Both the position numbers and the translations under genes were made by a program. This document shows positions 1 through 8,768 of a stretch of DNA of 12,586 nucleotides, piece by piece. Every line of letters begins with the position of its first letter. Positions within the stretch are counted from its first letter, which is position 1. A model generated the notes under the pieces. It was given only the letters and a program-made list of their open reading frames with translations, made no database searches and was not told where the DNA came from. The DNA comes from Paraspadella gotoi (taxonomy: Eukaryota; Animalia; Chaetognatha). The stretch covers positions 1 to 12,586 of the forward strand of contig JBJCIZ010000664.1 of NCBI GenBank assembly GCA_051294375.1, given 5' to 3'.

Positions 1-707
1 AGATGAATGTTCTGCTGGCAACAATCGGACCAAAGCTGCTTCAGCTCTCTCAACAGGATTGTCAAGGGAAGCTGGGACACGCTTGAAGGTATAATCCAAA
101 AATTGCTGTAAGATGGAAACACGCCGAATCGCCTTTTTCCATGTCGAAACATTGCAGAAAAGACGATCAGCAAAGTCATTCTTAACGGCACTAGTGACAT
201 TAGATATCACTTCAGGTTCAATTGCCATCAGTTTCTTATCATCTTTCTGCTCCACAGGCCAGCTCTCTGGTGACTCTTGGAGAAACTGGGGACCTTGATG
301 GAATTCATCCCACTTCTCCTTCTCATCGGCCTTCAAGCCCCTCGAGCACATATCAGCGGGATTGACGTCCGTAGGGACATATCGCCACTGATCAGGTGTT
401 GTCTTTTGCAAGATTTTAGCAACACGATTCGCCACAAAGGCCTTAAAACGGGTCTCCGTGTTGCGGATCTGCTTGAGGACGCATTGAGAATCCGACCACA
501 GTGTCACTGAGTCAATTCGCCATCGAGGTTCTTGTGTAATTGGCTGTAAGGTCGACCCTGCACTCCGCCCACCCGCTGCAGCAGTTATTCACAAGGCGTC
601 GGAAGTGCTCGCTCACTGCACTTAATTTCTTTGGTTAATGGGAGCTACCCTCGACCGCGACTCCAAGAAAGCCACATGGACATTTCCTTGGGTATCAGCA
701 GATCGGA
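1..707 (-). mobile_element. pol: Fragment of BEL/Pao pol (RNase H region), duplicate of ~5780-6474
   Basis: Aligns by eye to 5780-6474 at an offset of ~5779. It is essentially identical over ~20-500 (ORF 113.. METRRIAFF... equals ORF 5892..) and indel-rich thereafter. The minus strand encodes ANRVAKILQKTTPDQWRYVPTDVNPADMCSRG. It ends at an N gap. Confidence 0.93.
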
Positions 708-732
708 NNNNNNNNNNNNNNNNNNNNNNNNN
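708..732. other. Assembly gap (25 N)
   Basis: Run of 25 n between the pol fragment and the satellite, so their adjacency is not established. Confidence 0.99.
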
Positions 733-3135
733 CTATTATTTTTCTATCTATTGAGAGTTGCAGAAGAAAGCTACATAAAATTAAGAGAAAAAGAGAGAGA
801 GAAGGAGACAATGAAAATAAAAGAAGAGGAAATGTTTAAAAAGATATTTAATAACCTTCCTCAACCCAATTTTAACAACCTCGATGATGTTATTTGCAGA
901 AGTATATTTATCGTTTTTATTTTCTTTTTTCTTTAGCAAAATATCGTTTTCCGGGTGTTTTTAGAAATCTATTTTATCTCTTTTTACATTTGAAAAAGCG
1001 TTTTTGCTTTGTTTTTAAATTGTTTATCTCTTTGGAAATATCGTCTGCGGTGTATTTAACGTTTTTATTACTTTTTACTTTAGAAAGTCGTTTATCCGGT
1101 GTTTTTTAACTCTTTTACATTGGAAAAAAACGTTTTGCCGTTTTTTTATAAAAGGTTTTTTTTATTTTCTTTGTTAAAAAACATTGACAAAAAAAAACTC
1201 TTTTTCTTTGCTGTTAATTTTTTAAAAGTTTTCATATCCTTGTTTTACAGAAAAAAAGTCGTTTTCTCGGTGTATTTTAACGTTTTTATTATTGAGAGTG
1301 AGAGAAAGCATACATAAAATTAAAAGGAAAGAAAAGAGAGAGAGAAGGAGACATAAAAATAAAAGAGAGGGAAAATGGTTTGTTTTGATAAAACGTATTA
1401 AAAAGATATTTAATAACAGTCCTACCCAATTTTAAAACACCTCGATGATGTTATTTTGCAGATAGTATTTAACGTTTTTATTTTCTTTTTTCTTTGAAAA
1501 TATCGTTTTCCCGGTTTTTTAGAAATTTTTTATCTCTTTTACATGGAAAAAGCGTTTTTCTCTTTTTTTAAAGTTGTTATCTCTTCTATATATCGGTCGG
1601 CTGTATTTAACGTTTTTATCACTTTACTCTTAGAAAAGTCGTTTATCGGTGTTTTTTAACTCTTTTTACATTGGAATAAATTCTGTTGCCGGTTTTTTTT
1701 AAAGTTTTATTTTTGTTTACAATGGAAAAATCGTTTTCTGTTATTTTTAAAGTTCTATATCTATATGAAAAAGTCGTTTTCTGGTGTTATTTAACGTTTT
1801 TATCTATTGAGAGTGAGAGAAAGCTACATAAAATTAAAGAGAAAGAGAGGAAGAAAATAAAAATAAGAGAGAGAAAGTTGTTTGTTTTGATAAAAAGATA
1901 TTTAATAACTTGTACCACCCAATTTTAAAACCTCGATGATGTTATTTGCAGAAGTATTTAACGTTTTTATTTCTTTTTTCTTTGAAAATATCGTCCCGGT
2001 GTTTAGAAATTTTTATCTCTTTTAAATTGGAAAAAGCGTTTTCTTTGTTTTAAAGTTGTTATCTCTTTGGAAATATCGTCTGCCGTGTATTTAACGTTTT
2101 ACACTTTTACTTTAGAAAAGTCGTTTATCGGTGTTTTTAACTCTTTTTTACACATTGGAAAAAACGTTTGCCGTTTTTTTTTTACGTTTTATTTCTTTTT
2201 ACATTGGAAAAAAATCGTTTTCTGTTATTTTTAAAGTTTCATATCTTTTACAGAGAAAAAGTCGTTTTCTGGTGTATTTAACGTTTTTATCTATTGAGAG
2301 TGAGAGAAAGCTACATAAAATAAAAGAGAGAAAAGAGATAGAGAAGGGACATAAAAAAATAAAAAGAGGAAATTTGTTTGTTTTTGATAAAAAGATATTT
2401 AATAACTGTCCTCACCCAATTTTAACAACCTCGATGATGTTATTATGCAGAGATATTAACGTTTTTATTTCTTTTTTTCTTTAAAAAATATCGTTTTCCG
2501 GTGTTTTAGAACTTTTTTATCTCTTTTTACATTGGAAAAAGCGTTTTTTCTTTGTTTTTAAAGTTGTTATCTCTTGAAATATCGTCTGCCGGTGTATTTA
2601 CGTTTATCACTTTTACTTTAGAAATATGTTTATCGTTGTTTTTTAACTCTTTTTACATTGGAAAAAACGTTAGCCGTTTTTTTTTTAAGTTTTTCAATTT
2701 TTTTTTACATTTGGAAAAAATCGTTTTCTGTTATTTTTAAAGTTTCATATCTTTTTACAGAGAAAAGTCGTTTTCTGGTGTATTTAACGTTTTTATCTAT
2801 TGAGAGTGAGAAAAAAGCTACATAAAATTAAAGAGAAAAAAGAAGAAAGGAGACAAAAAATAAAAGAGAGGAATTTGTTTGTTTTGATAAAACGTATTAA
2901 AAAGATATTTAATAACTGTCCTTACCCAATTTTAAAACCTCTGTGATGTTTATTTGAGAAGTATTTAACGTTTTTTATTCTTTTTTCTTGAAAATATCGT
3001 TTTCCGGTGTTTTAGAAATTTTTATTCTTTTACATTGGAAAAAGCGTTTTTCTCGTTTTTAAAGTTTTATCTCTTTTGGAATATCGTCTGCCGGTGTATT
3101 TACGTTTTTATCACTTTTTTACTTTAGAAAAGTCG
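733..3135. repeat. AT-rich tandem repeat (satellite-like), unit ~490-540 bp, ~4.7 copies, with internal ~45-bp sub-repeats
   Basis: The landmark TATTGAGAGTGAGAGAAAGCTACATAAAA recurs at ~749, 1290, 1806, 2292 and 2798. CCCAATTTTAA(C)AACCTCGATGATG recurs at ~865, 1425, 1918, 2415 and 2926. Each unit has a purine-rich block followed by about seven T-rich monomers with a GAAAANNCGTTT core. Confidence 0.96.
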
Positions 3136-3610
3136 TGTTTGTGCCTCTGTAGTTTCGATCACGTATGCACTTCAGTTCTTATTTAAATAACGTTCAGTTT
3201 TTGGAACAGGTTGGCGAGTTTATTTGTCAACAAACAATTTGGCGACGAGGAACGGAGATAAAATGTTGTTTCATAAAAAGGTGTGAAATTAATTCTTTAA
3301 TTTCGAGGTATAAAATATAAAAAACTGAGTATAAAATCAATCAAAATAAACCCCAACGGCGAGAGTGTTAAAAAACGTTGAACGTTCAGAGGCAACGACT
3401 TTCTCTCTCTAAAACATTGCTAAAGTTAAAAATAAGACGGATACAATTGTCCCCCTTTTTCCCCCTTTCTTCGCGACTGAATCAGTTGTAAAACTTTTCC
3501 CTATTATTTGGGCCGTCTCGATCGCGATGTCGTCCGCCGGTGACTCCGCGGACGTTGAACTTTTATTCCGCGCGGGAACGCTCGCGTCGGCCGCCACGAC
3601 CGTCAAAACA
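3136..3610 (-). repeat. 3' LTR (~475 bp)
   Basis: Bounded by TGTTT (3136) and AAACA (3610) inverted termini. The satellite stops abruptly at 3135. 3205-3610 is homologous to ~11698-12125. The 3610 boundary is firm; 3136 is inferred because 3136-3204 has no clear match in the other LTR. Confidence 0.85.
3219..3224 (-). promoter_or_regulatory. Candidate polyadenylation signal AATAAA in LTR (also 11715-11720)
   Basis: TTTATT on plus in both LTR copies, near the distal end of the LTR in element orientation. The AT-rich context makes a chance match possible. Confidence 0.55.
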
Positions 3611-3618
3611 CCCCCTCC
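3611..3618 (-). promoter_or_regulatory. Polypurine tract (plus-strand primer)
   Basis: The minus strand reads GGAGGGGG immediately before TGTTTTGACGG, the start of the 3' LTR. It is absent beside the other LTR copy. Confidence 0.88.
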
Positions 3619-4489
3619 ATTCGAGCCTTTTCGAATTCGGGCGCCGCCGGAGTTCCGCGGGTCCACTTGACCTACGCCGCTGATCACCTCGGGAATCGGA
3701 TGAGAGAGCTGCTCAAACAAAAAAAAAAGTTTCCAAATTTCAAATATTTCAAATAAACTTATACTGAGCTGAAAGAAAAGGGTTACTATTTCAAAAATTC
3801 AAACTTCTTAAAGAAAAAGGGATTAGTATCAGAATTAAATTCAAATAAAGTTAACTTAATTTAAATTAAATTTAGTTAACCTAGTTCTTAGATTCAAATA
3901 AAAAAGAAGGGTTAGTCAATTCAAAACTAAAGCAATTTCTAGCATGCTACAGACAAGTTCCTGACTCAGAAACTTACAAGTCAATAGTTCTAATGCAATA
4001 ACAATTATAGGACTACGTCGCCCATTAAAACATAATAAAAAAACAAGGATCCAGTATTCAAAATTTCGAGTCCATTTCAAAGCAGGAAAATTTACCGAAT
4101 CTTGACCGGAACCTAAATTAATTAATCATCAGCAACACGAGCAGCATTAGCAAATAAACAGTTCCAATAAAATGACAAACTCGTTTTTCGTCTTGACCTT
4201 AATATCAATTAATCAATATCCGACCTGTTACGACAGCTCCTTAGCTGCCTGGGCTGATCTAACCAAGCACGATCAAGGGGGCGGAGGTTGCTTGCGAGGT
4301 CGCTCCGCGCTTCCGTGGTTGAGGTGCTTCGCCCGCTTGGGTTGAAGGCACTTCCCCCTCCATCTGCTGACCGCCCGGAGGAGCTTGCGACGCATCTTCG
4401 TCTATCGCTGGTTCAGTTGCAGCATCATCGTCGCTGGCTTCAGTGACCTGAGCTGTTTCATCAGCTGCTGCATCGTCTCCATCTGCCTC

Positions 4490-5580
4490 TAAAAGCACCA
4501 AAACCCGTCCGGTCTCGGTGAAGGCGCTTTCCAGAGGCTGTCCGAAGGACTACCTTCCGGACCAAACCATCTGTAGGAAGAGTTTCGGTGATGATTGCCA
4601 TGTTCCAACAATCCCTTGGTACTGTATCATTAACACAAGGACCAAATCTCCTACTTTAAGACTTCGTCTGAAGCCAACCATTTCTGTCTTCGCTGCAAAT
4701 CTCGGAGGTACTCTATTCTCCATCTCTTCCAGAAGGAATCCACGAGGCTCTGCGACTGCTTCCAAACTCGCCTGAGGGCGTCTCCAGCCTCACCTGGCGG
4801 CACAATCTCCGAGGAAGAGAGAGCAGGAACTCCAGGATAAAGTAAATCATTAGGGGTAAGGGCCAAAGGTGCACCAGGGTCTCCAGACGTCCTAGTGATA
4901 GGCGCCGGTTGAGAATACCCCGACCACAGCCACTAAGGTAGTAAAAACCTCAGCCTAAGGTCGTGGAATCCTCTCCGTTCAAGGGCAAACCACATCGCCT
5001 CCTTACATGATCTAACAAGCCTTTCCCACGCTCCACGCTTGGTGCGGCCTGTGGTGCATTGAAGCGCCACGAAAACCGCTGATCAAGCGCAGCTTCAGCC
5101 AGACATGCCTGGCGTCTCTCTAACTCTTCCGTCAACTCACGATTCGCACCTTGAAGTTGGTGCCGCAATCTGAGAAGATGTGACGAACTCCTGGCCGCAG
5201 CGCATTAAAGCGCAGCAAAGCCAAGATAAAGCTGTCGTTGACAACGTCTCTACACCTCCAAGTGTACGGCGCGAGTGCGGAGACAGGTAAAGAGCGCTAC
5301 CCATCTTTTTCCGCTACCTCTGCGGCCCAATCTGATGGTAAAGGGGCCAAAGATATCAACTCCAGTGGAGAGGAAGGGTGACCCCGGTGTTACACTATCG
5401 GCAAGAAGCGAGCCATCTTTTGCTCAAGGGGCGTGCCAGCCGTTTACGACATTGGAAGCAATGCCAACGGACTGATCTCATGGCTGTGCGCGCCCCAATA
5501 ATCCAATACTTCCGCCGAAGGTGAGCCAAAGTCGCCTCCACACCTCCATGGGCCAACTCTTCATGATTCTTCTGCATCAA
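4490..5580 (-). CDS. pol: Integrase domain (HHCC zinc finger, DDE core, BEL/Pao C-terminal DUF5641-like domain)
   Basis: HEELAHGG...YWIIGAR...CFQC; STGVDIFGPF (~5341-5369); LFTCLRTRAVHLE; IFSDCGTNFK (~5151-5179); WRFNAP..GAWERLVRSCK (~5002-5035); LTPNDLL, FWKRWRIEYLRDLQRRQKW, LKVGDLVL. Several motifs required my own cross-frame translation. Confidence 0.93.
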
Positions 5581-6109
5581 ATCTTTGACAAGATGATGTG
5601 AGGCCGGTAAAATCCACGGTGTTTTCGTCTGGAAGTCCTCCTCTGCCCTGTCAAGCCTGCCGCCACCCTAAGGGTGCCGGCATGATCAACAAAGGGGTCT
5701 AGCTTCCTCAACGGAGAACACCCTGACCGCATCTCTCGTCTCATATTAGCCTCCGAAATCGACAACTTCTTCACTCCGCAGAGAATGACTTCTGCTGCAA
5801 CAATCGGACCAAAGCTGCTTCAGCTCTCTCAACAGGATTGTCAAGGGAAGCTGGGACACGCTTGAAGGTATAATCCAAAAATTGCTGTAAGATGGAAACA
5901 CGCCGAATCGCCTTTTTCCATGTCGAAACATTGCAGAAAAGACGATCAGCAAAGTCATTCTTAACGGCACTAGTGACATTAGATATCACTTCAGGTTCAA
6001 TTGCCATCAGTTTCTTATCATCTTTCTGCTCCACAGGCCAGCTCTCTGGTGACTCTTGGAGAAAACTGGGGACCTTGATGGAATTCATCCCACTTCTCCT
6101 TCTCATCGG

Positions 6110-6790
6110 CCTTCAAGCCCCTCGAGCACATATCAGCGGGATTGACGTCCGTAGGGACATATCGCCACTGATCAGGTGTTGTCTTTTGCAAGATTTTAGC
6201 AACACGATTCGCACACAAAGGCCTTAAAACGGGTCTCCGTGTTGCGGATCTGCTTGAGGACGCATTGAGAATCCGACCACAGTGTCACTGAGTCCATTCC
6301 CCATCGAGTTCTTGTGTCAATTGGCTGTAGAGGTCGACTGCCACTACCGCAGCAGTTAGTTCAAGGCGTGGAAGTGTCTCCTCTACTGCCTTATTTCTTT
6401 GGTTAATGGGAGCTACCCTCACCGCGACTCCAAGAAAGCCACATGGACATTTCCTTGGGTATCAGCAGATCGGACATAGCCCACTGCACCATATGCTTCA
6501 GTGGAGGCATCACCAAACAGGTGGAGCTGCCTGTCGACAACTTCTCCAAACCCAATGGGGAGGATATGTCTCCTGATTCGCACTGACTCAATGCTACTCA
6601 GGGACTCTCTCCACTCTACAAATTTTTGAAGTTCATCTTCAGGGACAGGATCATCCAGTCACATCCTTTCTCGCACAAACGCTGAAGAATGCGTCTGGCA
6701 AAGAGGGGAAGGGGAGAGACAATCCCAGAGGGTCGTAGAAGGGATGCAACAACCCCTAACAAACTGCCTCTTGGTCTTGACCAATTCCCC
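6110..6790 (-). CDS. pol: RNase H / Pao peptidase-A17-annotated region of Pol
   Basis: LLGVVASL..P.G..SP; QLHLFGDASTEAYGAVGYVR (~6470-6529); PRLELTAAV; WSDSQCVL; ANRVAKI; WRYVPTDVNPADMCSRG. Confidence 0.9.
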
Positions 6791-6799
6791 TCCTTAAGG

Positions 6800-7480
6800 T
6801 GACCGACCTTAAAGACAAAATCATCTATCCCTCGATCGAAGGCTACGCCGAGGGCTTTGCCCACCAGCTCGTCAGGATCTGGACCTCCTCAGGACCTGAC
6901 GGCCACAATCGCCAATGGCACGCCGAACCTCGGGATGATTGGATCGCCACTTGGTTAGCTCAAAGCCTCCAGCAGCAAACAATCCCGTCAGTTCTTGTGA
7001 AGTTCTTATTGCATCTTGGACAGAATTCTGTCCATTCATAATATCATCCACATAAAGGTCCCGTTTTACCGCTTCAATCGTGACTGGGTGGTATACCTCA
7101 CGATGAAGATCGGCCAAATACTTAACAACAAAAGCGCATGCAGATGGGAAGGTTTCAATCCAAACACTGTCACCAAGGCCTTCAGGATCCTGGTTGAAAA
7201 ACCTCAGAATTATGCCAAAATGCAAATCTTAGGGCCTCAGTGTCAGGTGGGGAAACCTTCACCTGGTGAAAGAATCCTTTCACATCTGCCATGAGCACAA
7301 TGGGCTTCTCCCGGAATCTCAGAGGATTCCCACCAATTTACTGGTCAGATCTGGGCCCGCCATGAGCTGGCTGTTCAGGCTTATTCCACGAACTTCAGCT
7401 TTTGCATCATGGCAGATCCTGACCTTTCCAGGCTTGTCAGGTCTTTGTACAAGTACCACAGGCATTGTCCAGATGGGCTG
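6800..7480 (-). CDS. pol: Reverse transcriptase domain
   Basis: KVRICHDAKA..GISLNSQLMAGPDL; VFGL.PS; DLYVDDIM (YVDD at 7043-7054); AAGGFELTKWRSN; KALGV. Confidence 0.95.
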
Positions 7481-8119
7481 AAGGGGGTCATCAACTTCTG
7501 AAGGTTCAGAAGCTACTCCATCCCTAAGCCATTCATCAACAATCCCGTTTACAGTCTCAAAAGCTTCAGGGTCTCGGATCAATTTGGCATGGGCCTTCTC
7601 AGCACGGCGAATCGCCATGGCTTGATGATTGACTTTTGCCAGATTCATTGCAGCAGCCTTTCTGCCGCCTTTCCATGGAAGAGCCACACGAAAATGACCA
7701 TCAAATAATTCAATTGAATCTCTGAAGATCTTTTCTGCTTCAATGTCTTCACGGGATTGACCTTCTCCTTCATGAGGTGAGTCTCCAAAATCCCACCTGA
7801 AACAACGGTCTAGCCGACGAGTCAGCGCTTCGTTGTCCAGGGTGATAAAGGCAGACATGACTGGGCCAGGATCAGATCCCTTCCAGTCACTACCCAACCC
7901 ACAAGGTGTGCAATGCTGTAAGTCCGGACTTGCCACCTCTTCGTAAGTTCACAATAGATCGACATCGATCTACTGGCTCACACTCAGAGGAGCTCATCGG
8001 AACAGCTTGCTGTTGATCATCTTCAATATCTTCCATATCAGATTGGTTGGAGCTCCAGCCTTCTGCTTCAGAAGGCGGCCTTCCTAAACCAATATCTTCA
8101 ACTTTGCCATAATAAGTGT

Positions 8120-8510
8120 GCCAGAGATCTGCACCGATTATCACATCAATTTCATTTCTATCCAACTCATGAAGAGTCACTCCATGGAGATGCGGATACT
8201 TAGAAATTTCTGAATTCTTAAGAGTCTGGGCACCATGGCTGGCCGGCATATCCGCCACGACCACGGATTCTACAGTCTCTAAATATGAGCCATCAATAGA
8301 CTCTAAAACAAAGTCGACCTGATCTCTTTCACTAGTTTTAGTGGTGTCAAGAGTGGCCACCTGCATCTCCACAGAACGAGTCTTCAAACCCAACTCCTCT
8401 ACCAGCCTCCTCGAACACAAGGTCCGATTACTGCCAGAATCCAGCAGAGCATAAACTTCTGTCACCTTCTCTGGACCCTTTGCGCGAATCGCAACAATGG
8501 GACGATATGC
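8120..8510 (-). CDS. pol: Aspartic protease domain
   Basis: VYALLDSGSNRTL (catalytic Asp at 8439-8441) and downstream IDVIIGAD, within ORF 7890-9311. Confidence 0.92.
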
Positions 8511-8570
8511 TGGGGATGATGCTACCTGTGCTGTAGCACTGGTAACTCCAGGCTGAGGAGCAACATCCCG

Positions 8571-8768
8571 ATGCAGAAGAGTATGGTGTTGGTCCGAATT
8601 GCAGGTACTACACACGGTCTTGGCCTGACAATCTGGTCGCATATGCCCGCGCCGTAAGCATCTATAGCAGCTTCCGGTGCTCTTCATCTGAAAAACTCGT
8701 TCAGGCAATGATTTAGATTTGAACAATGAGNNNNNNNNNNCAGCATGATCTGAATTACATGCCTGACA
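8571..8768 (-). CDS. gag: Gag nucleocapsid, three Cys-His zinc knuckles
   Basis: CQACNSDHAxxx(C), CYRCLRRGHMRPDC and CSTCNSDQHHTLLH, the triple-knuckle signature of BEL/Pao Gag. Confidence 0.93.

Noticed and set aside
631-2740. Plus-strand Phe/Lys-rich ORFs in the satellite
   Set aside because: They are translations of T- and A-tracts; frames are not conserved between repeat units.
733-3135. CRISPR-like array
   Set aside because: The sub-repeats are degenerate and the intervening sequences recur in every 510-bp unit rather than being unique spacers. There are no cas genes and the context is eukaryotic.
3409-3720. 103-aa minus ORF across the PPT/LTR as an env-like or accessory gene
   Set aside because: It has a non-ATG start and is too short for Env, with no signal peptide. 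The frame is not kept in the other LTR (11933-12121 diverges after ~10 aa).
7870-7940. Programmed frameshift between ORFs 7890-9311 and 7319-7936
   Set aside because: It lies after the protease, restoring the GWVVTG motif needs two nearby indels, I see no slippery heptamer, and BEL/Pao normally has a single ORF.
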